Below, one piece after another: positions 1 through 11,814 of a stretch of 64,000 nucleotides of DNA (within the stretch, counting starts at the first letter, position 1; each line of letters opens with the position of its first letter). This DNA is from Hormiphora californensis (Eukaryota > Animalia > Ctenophora). A program made the position numbers and the translations under genes. The stretch is taken from assembly GCA_020137815.1 (NCBI GenBank), contig CM035354.1:3162001-3226000 (forward strand), given 5' to 3'. The notes below the pieces were generated by a model. It saw nothing but the letters and a program-made list of their open reading frames with translations. It had not been told where the DNA came from and searched no databases.

Positions 1-188
1 ATGTCGTCAGTGTGTTCTATAAAATACCGCTGGGATTTCTTGACAGGATGATAAATTACAGCGGCAGCCGCTACAAAGTAGACAATTTCCCCAGTGGCGA
101 GGTAGTAGACGTTGTTGCGGCACTGGTGACCCCGGTACCCATATATCCAGTCCAGGCGAAGTTGGGCCCGCGGTGGGGCACCGACCAT
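1..188 (-). CDS. EML6: Echinoderm microtubule-associated protein-like 5/6, N-terminal HELP-domain exon (gene continues out of window)
   Basis: Not in the ORF track. Hand translation from ATG 188 gives MVGAPPRAQLRLDWIYGYRGHQCRNNVYYLATGEIVYFVAAAAVIYHPVKKSQRYFIEHTDD, matching the EML5/6 N-terminus (LRLEWVYGYRGHQCRNN). EML5 vs EML6 cannot be resolved. Confidence 0.9.
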   Translation of the reverse strand, partial: MVGAPPRAQLRLDWIYGYRGHQCRNNVYYLATGEIVYFVAAAAVIYHPVKKSQRYFIEHTDD

Positions 189-316
189 CGCTAAAGACAA
201 GATAGGGTTGTGAAATTATAGGGGAGAGAGGTCCGAGGGTTAGTGGAGACTGACTGGATCGCTAAAGACGAGATAGGGTTGTGAAATTATAGGGGAGAGG
301 GGTTAGTGGAGACTGA
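187..316. repeat. Tandem duplication (~71-bp unit) covering the splice acceptor upstream of the EML ATG
   Basis: atcgctaaagac(a/g)agatagggttgtgaaattataggggagag...gggttagtggagactga occurs at 187 and again at 258. Confidence 0.9.
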
Positions 317-523
317 AAAGCTGGGAAACTAGTATAGGGGTTAGTTGGGTATTATTGGAGTGGGGGATATGGAAGTAAAAACAATCTGAGAAACGAAAAT
401 AATACTTTTGAAAGGTGAATCTTTAGTTACACTTTTTACACGAGTAATTTATCTCTTATCGCCTCAAACTAAAAGAAAACGTTCACTTTGCTCGGGAAGA
501 CGATCATCTCCAAGTTCATAAGT

Positions 524-2966
524 TTACTCGGGGAGAAGGTCATCTCCAAGCTCCTCATCCCCAAATTCGTCATCATCCATCACCCTAGTTCGGGCAGCGG
601 TCCTTGGACGAGGCGGCAGTTCCCCTATCGGATCGCTATACGTAGCATCAACTGCCTTCTTTCTACCACTCGCAGTATCCCTCGGCGTAGCAGCGGGTGC
701 AGTTTGGTCCTCAGTCCGGCGTGTACCTGAGTTCTGTCTGGAGTTCCGAGCACTTGATCTCTCGCTACCCCCACTTCCCCTCTGCCTTCCACTCCTCCGT
801 CCACTATTATCCCGCCTTTGATCCCGCAATTCCTTAGCCTTTTCCGCTTTTTTCAGTTTATTTGCATACTCGTTAGCCTCCTTCAAACCTAGATCACTAC
901 AAATCCGAACCAGGAACTTGAGGCACTCAACGTTTTCAGGGAACTTCAGGTGGATCTTCTTGTAAGTAACGAGAGACTGTTGATAGTTGCCACTGCGCCT
1001 ATAGCAACTAGCTATCATCAACTGCCACTTGACCTCCTGGGGCTCAATTAGGGAGGCCTTCTCAAAGTATTGAATCGCTTTCTCATGGAACTGGCCATCA
1101 ACATAAAACGCACCAAGCCACGAAATGGTGCTAATATCGGAGGGAAAGTACTTGTGGGATTCGAGGAAGTATTGGAATGCCTGGGATCTATCACTGTCCT
1201 GATCGTAGATAGCCCCAATACTAGACAGGATACCAGGATCAGTAGGGACAATCGTTATCAGATGCATAAACCAATCCATGCTCTGCTGAACGTCCTGTTT
1301 CATGTCGTACAGAATTGCTATTTGGTAAATAACTTCTGGACAATTGTTTAGAATGGCATGGAGCTTTCTCAAAACACTCCAAAGCACCCTCGATATTGCT
1401 CATTGTCTTGTAAGTTAGGCCCAGATTGTACAAAGCCTCAGCACACCCTGACTCAATAGATAGCGATTCTTGATAGTAGTCCCGGGCCTTTTCAAGTTCC
1501 CCGGCCTTGAAGTGGATGTTGCCTCGGTTGACAAGAGCGTATGGGTTGTATCTGTCACTCTCAATAGCCTGATCCGCATACTTCTCAGCCTCCTTGTTCT
1601 CTCCTTTCAGGTAGTAGAGGAAGGAAAGGTTGTTCGCGGCTGTGGATGCGATCTTGCTGTCTTTTTTCTCAAAAACTTTGAGAGCCTCAACAGCTTTCTG
1701 GAAATCCTTCTGTCTCAGGTACATGATCGCCTTGTTGATCTCCAACTCACTCGCCAGTTCAGTGTGCTGGGAGTCCCTCACACAATCCACACACCAGTCA
1801 AATCCAAGCGCCTCCGAGTTCTCAATCACGGGAGCGATCAGTTTTGCAGCCTGGATGATACACTTTTCCGCATAGCGACGTTTGCCCCGTTCAATCTTTC
1901 GGAGCTCGTCATCCTTGATAGCCTCCATGACCAGGGAGGAATGAGGATCCTCTCCGTATTGAAGATACCGGTCCTCGTCCTCGATCCCCTCGATAGGAAC
2001 TGCTAGGAGCCGATGGAAGGCCTTCTTCATTTTGTCAGAGTCACCGATTGCGTAGTATGATAGTGTCAGGTTGAAGGCAGTTTTGAAGTCAGCTTTGGTC
2101 TTCATGATGTGCTCGAAGGACACGATGGCATCTGAATACTGGGGAGGACTCATCTTGATGAAACTGATTCCAATATTTTTCAGGATCTTGATCCTCATGT
2201 AGGTGTGGGTTTCAGGAATTTGATCCAGAGCCCTCCTGTACATGCGGATAGCTTCAGTGTATTTGCCCTGTTTCAGCAATATGTTACCCAAGTTGACCCT
2301 AAACCTCCCAGCGTTACTGAATGCCTTGTTCTTGATAATGGACATGTATGCAGATTGTGCCTCTTGATACATTTCGCAGGCTTCGAAAACGTTTCCTGAG
2401 TTGAAGTAAACCGAGTAGGTGAGGTCAAGGTAAGTTTGTTCTGCAAAGCCCTGTAAATCTCGGTGACGCTGTAAAATTTTCTCCTTTGTCACAGCCTTAT
2501 TTGCCTTCTCCAGAGCTTGCTTGTGTTGCTTGTTTTCCAGTGCGAAGGAACTCTCATCAAGAAGGTCCATAATCTCTCGTTCCATCTTTTTGATTGTTTG
2601 CTCCGGTGTCTCCTCCAACTTTGTCTCCCCAGTTGCAGACCGGAAAGATGCCGCTCCGATCGTAGCCTTAGATCCACCTGCAGTGAATCCAGCAGCATTA
2701 ATGGCAGAAATGGGCCTAGCGGTTCCACCATCTTCACCAGCTCGCAATGCAGTACCCCTCCGGGAACCTAAAACACCCCTCATGGCAGTAGTTGGAGGTG
2801 GCTTTTTGGCCCCAAACCCAGCCCCACCCCGAGTAGCAGGGACAACAAGGGGTCCTCTACGTTGTCCATAGCTTGTTTTTACAGCTTCTTGAAAAACCTC
2901 TTCGTTCTGCAGCTGGCTCAGGTCGTTCACCTCATCAAACCCCGAATAAATGTCTAAATCAGCCAT
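524..2966 (-). CDS. IFT88: Intraflagellar transport protein 88, intronless, with one apparent +1 indel at ~1366
   Basis: ORFs 1239..2966 and 524..1387 join into one TPR protein: DLTYSVYFN, NAGRFRVNLGN, ELEINKA, KLHAIL, PQEVKWQLMIASCYRRSGNYQ, C-terminal DDEFGDEELGDDLLPE. The frame switches at an A run (gagaaagctc). Confidence 0.95.
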
Positions 2967-3374
2967 ACCTAAAACACAATTTTGTTACGAATTTTCTTTT
3001 TAAGTATCTCTACGTGTTGGTACTTGGTATCATCACTTTAAAATAGTTAAGTCGGAAACGGGCGCACGAGCCACAAAACGTCAAAAGACAGATGAAAAAA
3101 GGGGAATTTTTCGTGTTTTTTCGTGTTCGCAACTTTTTTACCGTGATTAAAATCTGTACAATCACGCTGCATTTACGGAAAAGTGTGTAACGCGCGAAAA
3201 GTTTTGAAAGTTCAGTGCTTTTATAAAGCGCGCGGCTAAGCAAATAAATTAAAATTGAATTCTGAAAACGTGCGACTTGCTTTTTGTTGCTTTAAAGTTT
3301 AAAATTCCATTTTTTGTTAATTTGATGAACGTAGGGGCTAATAAGTGGCCACTGGAGCTTTGAATAAGTAGAAA
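2967..3374. promoter_or_regulatory. Putative bidirectional promoter between IFT88 and the pseudouridine-catabolism gene
   Basis: 408 bp between divergent ATGs; A/T tracts with CGCG motifs (cgcgcgaaaa at 3191, agcgcgcgg at 3227). Confidence 0.6.
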
Positions 3375-6300
3375 ATGTTAACTGGCGGCCTTTTACGACG
3401 ATCCTTTACCTGCTCTCGTCGTCTATCTACATCTGAGGTTTGAGGAAACGGTTAAAAATGGAACCGAAAGAAAACAACCTGCTACTCAGGTACTTTCAGC
3501 GTCCCGAAACGATGGTCCAAGACTGGCACTTGAGTCAACTATCATTACGCATGGTCTACCCTACCCGGAGAACCTATCAATGGCTAAATCTGCTCACCAG
3601 ATCTGCCACGATAATGGCGTGAACCCTGCAACAATAGCTCTGCTAGGTAAGAAGGTAGACAGCTGAATTACGCTTACATTGTACTACCTCATTTCTCCCT
3701 AGATGGTGATGTGCGTGTTGGGCTCACAGACAACGAGTTGGATCTTCTCTCGCAGACTAAAAATGCTGTGAAAGTGTCCCGACGGGATCTGGCAGCTGCG
3801 ATTGCGAAACGTCGAACAGGTGGTACAACTGTAAGCGGCACTATGATCCTCGCTCACAGAAACGATATTTCTGTGTTTTCAACTGGCGGTATTGGTGGGG
3901 TAAGTACTTGATTGAAGCTGTCAGTTCTCGCATCATCATAACTGCCAATACCCATGATATATCTCTGATTATGATTCATGATCCCCGCCCCTCTAGGTAC
4001 ACAGAGGAGGGGAACACAGTATGGACGTTAGTGCTGATCTAACAGAACTAGGCCGAACACCAGTGTGTGTCGTGTGTGCAGGAGTGAAGTCAATTCTTGA
4101 TATCGGGCGAACACTCGAGTTTCTTGAGACGCAGGGTGTGACCGTTGCAACGTTTGGGAAAACCAGGGATTTCCCGGCATTCTTCACACCCACCAGCGGG
4201 TTTTATGCTCATACTAACGTTGAGAGTGCAAGGGAAGCTGCTGAGATGATTTTCGTAAATAAGCAGCTCCAGTTAGGTTAGTGTCTTTTTATTGTTGTAC
4301 AGATGTTGTTAGAGGGAGAGTGAGAGAGAGGGACAGTACAGAGTAGAGATAGAGAGAGGGGGACGGGGATAGAGTATAGAGTATAGAGAGACAGTGTGAT
4401 AGACTTCCTGCTTCTCAAATGTGTGTGTATGATTGTGCCGCAATATTACAATCCTCATCATACACAGGCCAATGTGCAGAAAATAGTGCTAAATATATTC
4501 GTCGCTCTATCACTCCATCTTAATTCCCATCTCACATCTCTATCTTGTTACTAAATGAAACTCTCCCTCCAGTACTGGGCCGGATGTTGTTTGCCGAGCC
4601 CTCACAGAGTCATTTAATATGAGATAAAGTACAGTGTGAGCTACACAAGATATTGTTATAGTGTCTCTTTGCCTTCTCCTTTTTCAGGTTCTGGTATTGT
4701 GGTTGCAATACCAATACCTGATGAACACGCAGGAGATGGGGAGACAATTGAACGAGCAATCCATCAGGCTCTCGCTGAGGTAGAATCTCAGAATATCCAA
4801 GGTAATTACATTATACAAGGTAATTATCCAATTAACTAAGTATCGCTCACAGTACATACTCTTTGTGTATCTTTGTTGTAGCAGAGTGGACAACAATTAG
4901 ATTGCAACATCCTTTCATTCGCCTATTTCTCCATCCCCATCCATCTTCACCAGGTGTTTCTAAAGGGGGGAGTCTGTTTCTAAGGGGGAGGGGGAGTGTC
5001 TGACGTCAATCAATGATGACTCATTTTCCTAATAGTAGCGGGTCAACCCTTCACCTCCTAAATCCTGTTGTGGTGATTATTATAGGGGCAGCCATTCCTC
5101 GACTAGCCCCAGCATCTACACGCACCACCTTCCACCTCTGACCTTGACTAAAGTTTAAACCCTCCTCCCTTCCCTCCAGGTAATGCCATTACTCCCTTCG
5201 TGTTAGAGCGGGTGTCTGCTCTAACAGGGGGAGCCTCCCTTCAAACCAACCTCGCCTTGGTCCGAAATAATGTCCTTGTCGGATCTCACATTGCCCGGGA
5301 ACTATACAATTTAGAGAAAAGAGAGGGAACCAGGAGGTATAGCACGGAGAAGGAACGGGGTGGAGTTCTAGTTGTGGGAGCCTGTAATGTCGATATATTG
5401 TGTAGTACAGAGGAAGCTCAGAGCTCCGGTAAGGATCTCCTAAAGGGAAATGTTAGGCATGTTGCTGGCGGAGTTGGACGGAATGTTGCGGAGTGTCTGG
5501 CACGCGCTGGGACACCCTGCACGCTTGTCAGCGCCGTTGGGAGGGACTTGTTGGGGCAGTTTGTGTTGGATGAGTGTCGGAGTTTAGGAGACTTGGATGT
5601 TGGAAATGTGAGGGAATACGAGGGGGAATCTACTACCGTCGCAATGCTGAACCTCAACCAAGGCAACGTGAGTGAGAATTGAGAAACCGATCGTTTGCTG
5701 CAATAGTGTTTAATGATAGTGTGTGTAGTGTTTGTTACATATTCCCATTCTCCTCATTACTGCCCTTTGCTGCACAGAGTGGGGGCCCTTCCAAGAAGAT
5801 TCTTCCCCCTCCCGCTGTGTCTCCTCCCTCCTCCCGCTGACCTGTTTATGTGTTTGTGTGAACGTGGAGTATTTTTGCACAAACTGCTCTGCACATAAAA
5901 TATGAGAATTTATCCTGCTTCATTATCTTCCTTCGACCTTTCTTTCTCTCTCTTCAGCTGACATAATTATCAAGTTTCATGATTTTTATTTTTCTTACAT
6001 GCTTTCTCTCTCGTCTTTTCTCACTTTCTGTCGTCTTTTCTCTCTCTATCGTTTTAATTCTTACTTTGTCCGCCCCGGCGCTCTTCAAAATTTATCATTT
6101 ATCGTTACCTTACCGCATTGGATTGTGTGTGTTGAAACTTGCTTACTTCTGTTCCGAATGTTTAGTTTAGTCTAGTTTTTGTTCCTCTCTTGAAGCGTGA
6201 AATTCGTAGAAACATTGCATTGAGCTCACTATTGATATTTCACATATATTCCCAGGTTAAGGACGGTGTTGCCGACTTTACTGGCCATGTCCACATATCA

Positions 6301-7183
6301 CGTGAGCTGGTCACCCCGAACCTGATCAGATCTTCCAGCCACGTGCTCCTTGATTGTGATGTCCCTGTTAGTACAGCCCTCAGAGTTGTGGAGCTGTGTA
6401 AGGAGTACGGGGTACCCCTCATAGTGGAACCAACAGCTCCAAACAAGTTTAGGGAGTACCATAATGCAGGTGAGACAGGGGCTCTTCTTTCTCCTTTCTT
6501 TCTTTCACTCTCTCTCTCCGTGAGAGAAAGGAAGACCGAGAGGAAGGGAAAAAAATTCACACTTACATGTTGATCGATCAGAGAGAGTAGTAGACGGAGT
6601 TTTGGAAATTTCCTGTCCATTTTAGGACATTGAATGAATTTTATTATGACGATCATCCTTCATTTCAGGTGTGTTATCACATGCAGCAATGGTAACTCCA
6701 AATGACACCGAACTAGATGCCCTTCCCCTCTCTCCACCCTCCTCTATTCCTGACCTCCCCTCCTGGACCCCTGCTTCCATCACCAGCATCCTACCCCGAC
6801 TACTATCCTGCCTAGAATTCCTGGACACCTCCTCCCACCGGACCGTCCTCAGCACCCTGGGTCCTGCTGGTGCGGTGTGTTGTGAGATAACACCCAACAA
6901 TCACCTAACCATCACCTACTGCCCACCAACACCCCACCTCCTGCCTGAGATTGTGTCTGCCTCAGGGGCCGGTGATTCCTTCCTGGGAGGTTTTCTATCT
7001 GTTGAGGAGGGTGGTACTGGTGTTGCGATGGAGATAGGGACTGTGTGTGCTGTACTTAGTTTAGGTACTAACAGGTGTGTGAGCAGGAGAGTGAGTGTAG
7101 GGGAAGTTGAGGGAATGGCGGGGGAGTGGAGAGAGAAATATGGTTGGGGTAATAGGATCGTTTATAAGGGACCACTTTATTAA
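3375..7183 (+). CDS. Bifunctional pseudouridine-5'-phosphate glycosidase (PsuG/IndA) - pseudouridine kinase (PfkB/PsuK) fusion, multi-exon
   Basis: Contains ALESTIITHGLPYPEN, GGTTVSGTM, TGGIGGVHRG, DVSADLTELGRTP, CAGVKSILDI and ITPFVLERV, then PfkB motifs GGVGRNVAE, TPNDTEL and SASGAGDSF. A 52-nt first intron (3438-3489) joins ATG 3375 in frame. Confidence 0.93.
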
Positions 7184-7429
7184 TTTATTATCTTATTATA
7201 TGTGTGTTTTTACTGTGCCTGTTTTTGTGCATCATGATGTTTTTTGGCTTCTTACACCGTTTTTAACCAGTGCTTTATATACCCTTATTACCATGTTTTA
7301 TCAGGGCTAAATATCCTTATTATAACCATGTTTTGGTATCATTTTGGCGTTTTTAATCTTTACTCAGCTGTATTCATATCTAACTTTGCCATTTTATTAG
7401 TTAGGACCAGCGACATGGCTGTGAAGTGA

Positions 7430-9118
7430 ATGATGACAACAACGCCACTTCCCTACTCCTATCACCAAGGTAACCAAAATACCCTACTTCCCTAATCATG
7501 TAAAATGTGTGTCTACGTCAACTTTAGTGTCCAATGTCCACGCCATGCGTAGGTTTGGTCCAGGTGTGTGTCAATTGAGAGAAAGAAAGAGAGGGAGATG
7601 TAGCTTTACACAGTGCCTCATGAGACGCACAGAGAAACATGTGTAATGATGGGGGAATGATAGTTCTCTCGGTCCTCATAGGGATGTGTGTTGGTGTGTG
7701 AAATTAATGCACATAAAAGAACGGTGTATTCACCGCTGTGTTCTGCATATTGTTTTATACATCCAGTCAGCCCCCCCCCCCTCTCTCTCTCTCACTATCT
7801 CTCTCTCTCACTCTCTCTCTCTTCCAGGGAAGAACTCAAATGGCACGGTGTACATATTCAACAACAACACGGCTGCGGATAACACCGATTCAGAAGATGA
7901 GGTGTACGCCATGAAAACAGTTCGGACGCGGCAAAAGGTAAAGCAATCCTCGGTTCAGCTAGTAAGATGGTTAATCTTTCTAGAATAGATTCTTTGCACG
8001 AGCTCTATAAATATCAACCAGTCTTTCTAGAAATTCTGAGTAGCTCGTGCCAAGTATCTCTCAGAATATTCTAATAACTCAGTTGAGAATAACAGCTGTT
8101 GTTTTCCCACAACTACAACAAATAATCGACCCTTTCAGGTGGGTAAATCAGAGAGGAATCAGCAGCAGGAGAAGCCCCAGGAAACTATAAACCATGAGCT
8201 GTTACCAGAGGACACACTAACATCACTATCTCTCAAATACAACTGCAAGGTAGGAGAGAGATTTAGTTGAAATTAAAATAGTTGCTATTGAATGAAAACT
8301 TTTTCCTTCCCTCTAAATAGATGATGCAATTTCTCTTTAGCCCTTACTATATTATAGAATAGTCTTGTTTTCCCTTTTCAATCATCCCGCTTCCTCTGCT
8401 ACTGGATGCATGCTCAGGGGGTTATGTTCCACATTTAGTGGACTTGCATTGCATTATCAGCTGCATCTCTCACAGCCATGTTTTAATAAACGGGGGTATT
8501 ATATGATGCCTAGCCTCAATTCATATTCATGTGTATTTATAGTGCAGCATCATAGAGTCACTATGCAGTAGTGTAACACAGTACTGCACTTCACAGCTAC
8601 ATCATACCACACTCTCACATCTCCAGCACCAAGTAACAGCCGGCCCTATTGTGTGACAGGTTTCTGAGTTGAAGAGAATTAATCACATCTGGAATGGAAA
8701 CGAGTTATCGGCCCGCTCCTCTATCCTTATACCCGTGGCAGCTCACTCTCTACTACTGGAACAAGGCACTACCACCACCACCACTGCTGCTAGTTCTACA
8801 CTACAGAAACCACAAGAAGTGGATATTAGGAAGATTAGTATCAAAGATTTGGGAGATACAGCGGATACAGCGGTGTTTTTAGAACGAATGAACGCTGATA
8901 TAGAGACATTGTTGAAGGCAACCCAAGCCAAGACACGTCATGCATCCCTAAATGATGTAAAAAGTGCACTAACTGTTGAGCGTATTTTCCCTAAGCGTGT
9001 TTCCAGTAGCAGGGGAAGTGGTGAAACACTAGCCCTAATTTTAGTGTCCACTCTTGTGATCTTTGTGATTCTACCTGGGGCTCTCGTATATTGGGACGTT
9101 GTCAAGTTCAGTGCATGA
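7430..9118 (+). CDS. LYSMD3: LysM-domain single-pass membrane protein (LYSMD3/4-like), about 4 exons
   Basis: The spliced LysM reads HELLPEDTLTSLSLKYNCK|VSELKRINHIWNGNELSARSSILIP, with a C-terminal hydrophobic helix. The start codon is uncertain (7415 or 7430). Confidence 0.82.
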
Positions 9119-10719
9119 AGCACAGACCACAATGTGTAACTGTGATATTTGGGTGATGTGTTCAGCTCATCTAACTATAACACAAAGTACCATTTCGTGT
9201 CTGTCCTCCACTAATTTTTCTCCAGTCCCAATCTTTCTCTCTTTTAATCCGTGGGTTTTAAATGTTGATTTGTGTAAATAAACGCTGAATAAAAACTGAT
9301 ATTTCGACAGCTGAAGCTAAATCCGTATATGACTTCTTTTCGGTGGGGTTTGGGTCTTTCAAACGCCTCCGACGCGCGACATAGTAATGTCGAAAGTTGA
9401 GGTTGTGAGCAATGGAAGGTTCAGCGCGCATTTAAACACTCTGACGCGTAACCAATGAACTCGGTTTATTGTTTAGTCCTGGACTTCTATTCATCGTCAT
9501 CACGCCTGGTCATTCGTCCGTCGTAACGTGAGGCGTGGTAAAGTCAGAAAAAGTCCTGGAATGGATCAATTGTACACGAGTGAAGCTGCTGCCTGAGATG
9601 TGGAGATCCTTTCTGCTTCATGATCCAGGTTCTCCTGTTGATGTGTCTATTATTGACGGATTACTCAACGCACACTTCTAGCTATTGTTGCTCCAATTAT
9701 GCACCATCCTAGTAGCAGTGGCTTGTTTTGTTTAAACCCTCCCGGTGAGAGAGCGGGTTGAGCAATGCACGGTTATACGTACATATCCACAACATGCTCC
9801 GGTCGTGCCACCGTGGTTGATGGCCATACCCCTTTTGATCTTGTAGAGTATCTTGTAGAGTACCCTTTAAATCTTGTAGAGTATCTCACCCCGTACTCAA
9901 CAACTCAGATCGGGTTGGCTCCGTCAGAAAGTCCCCGACTCTCCAACGCAAATGATGTTGTTAGTGAGATCAATCCCGTTATACTATCAAAAGTTCTCAA
10001 TACAACCAACGCCCAACATATTTAATCCTCACTTCTCAAGATTTAATGTTAGATCATTTAGCGCTGCAGTAAACAGGTCAATATGATCAAGATACGATTG
10101 TTGGTTGCAGAATCTGCATCCAAGAAAGACAACCAGATTCGTAGAGACCATTCTGCGGACCTATCTGAACATCTTAGAAGTAGAAGTGAGAAGATGGGAA
10201 TTACTTTACAAAATTGCCGTTACTCCCTTCAAGGCAGATCGCTAGATCCTCCGATAGGCGCAGCACAAACAAACAGACAAGGGATGGTAGTCTTTCTTAC
10301 CCTAGCCTAAGAAATCAACCTCGAGAAACATTGCCTTGCTCGACCCTGTTTTCCGTACACAAATGTAAAGGAGGGTAGTAGACCATAACACGGGAAAACA
10401 TCATACTCCTTCTCTCCCGCTTCCTTTCTCGCTATCCTCGGTCCACATCCTGCAGCTCTTTACTGCTTCGTCTGCAGTCATATGCGAGCTTCGACTTCCT
10501 TATGTGAGCATACTCCACCTCTATGTCAACTGACACGTCATCACATGTGTCAACTTTCACCCTTTGCGTCTGCTGCACGTGTAGATAGGGAGTTAACTCG
10601 ATCTGAAACGCAAGCTTTTTCTCCCTGCACTAGGGGAGTTGGGTGAAACGTCAACAACACGGATTGGCTTGCTAAACGCCCCCGCACTCTCTCACTCACT
10701 CACTCACTCACCCTATCTG

Positions 10720-10751
10720 TCTCTCTCTCTCTCTCTCACCCTATCTCTCTC

Positions 10752-10800
<49 letters not shown>
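10720..10800. repeat. (CT)n microsatellite
   Basis: Directly visible. Confidence 0.95.
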
Positions 10801-10803
<3 letters not shown>

Positions 10804-10883
10804 GCAGCACTACAACTACTGCTGTAGACGCATCATTACTACAAACCTCGTTTTTCGCAGTATCACTTTCTCTCGATCCCGAT

Positions 10884-11814
10884 ATGTTGCTCTCCGACTC
10901 CAACAAGACGATCACGGAATCCGTTCCACAGACCCTCTACCCTCCAGAGTACCTGCCCTTCAAGCATGGTTGTGTGGACGGATGGGTTTACCCTCCATTC
11001 ATCACGGAGGCGATCATCAGGAAATCTCAAGCGTTTCCCCTGAGAACCAGTGATGTCTTCGTGGCCACCTACCCCAAGTGTGGAACCACATGGACCCAGA
11101 ACATCATAACCAAGTTGCACGAGAAACACGAGACGGGCGTGTTTGATGGCCTTGGTGATCACTTGTTGGAGAAGATTCCCTGGTTGGAAAACTTCGATCA
11201 CAACAAGATGGAGGAACGAGCCGCACCACGATACATGAAAACCCACAACCCCTACATTCACCTCGCCAAGAACCCTGATGTGGCGTGTAAGTATGTCATG
11301 GTGTGCCGAAATCCCAAAGATGCCTGTGTCTCCCTGTACCACCACGCAAAGGGTTTCGCTGTTTTCAACTACAGCGGCGACTTCGAACAGTTCGCAGAGC
11401 TCTTCCTGGAGGGTAAGGTGGAGAGTGGGTGCTGGTGGAGCCATCTCAAACAGTACTACGAGAACAAGGAAGAGCTAAACACCTACTTCATGAAGTATGA
11501 GGATCTCCACGCACGGGGACCTGAGTTGATCAAGGGACTGAATGAGTTCCTGGAGCTTCCCGCACTGACCCTAGTGGAAGTGTGAGGAGATCAAGGAGGC
11601 GACGTCCTTCAAAAAACAGAAAACAGATCCATCAGCCAACTACTCGTGGAGGGATTCTTCTAGGAAGAAGGATGAGAGTCCCTTCATGAGAAAGGGAACG
11701 GTGGGTGATTGGAAGAACTACTTTACTAAGGATCTCAGTGAGCGATTCAACGAGAAAACGAGGAAAGTCCTCGGCGAGTTGAAAGTTTTCGAGGATTACG
11801 TCACCGAATTTTAA
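10884..11814 (+). CDS. Cytosolic sulfotransferase (SULT1-like), intronless, frameshift at ~11580
   Basis: 5'-PSB motif TYPKCGTTW, KTH, and 3'-PB motif RNPKDACVS. After the frame switch: EEIKEATSF...FMRKGTVGDWKNYFT, to stop 11812-11814. Confidence 0.92.

Noticed and set aside
1355-1390. Frameshifts in IFT88 (also SULT ~11580, ENL ~36535, RIC1 ~40200-40450 and ~42830-43020) as programmed frameshifting or pseudogenes
   Set aside because: They hit essential, otherwise well-conserved genes. The IFT88 and ENL cases fall in A homopolymers, and there is no shared slippery or stop motif. Sequencing or assembly indels are the simplest explanation; raw reads would settle it.
3420-3500. Apparent frameshift at the start of the PsuG gene
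   Set aside because: Resolved by a GT-AG intron at 3438-3489, giving STSE|VLSASRNDGPRLALEST in frame.
9300-10640. Gene or retroelement remnant upstream of the sulfotransferase (ORFs 9765, 10083)
   Set aside because: No recognisable motifs or consistent splice structure; only a short 3x atcttgtagagta repeat.
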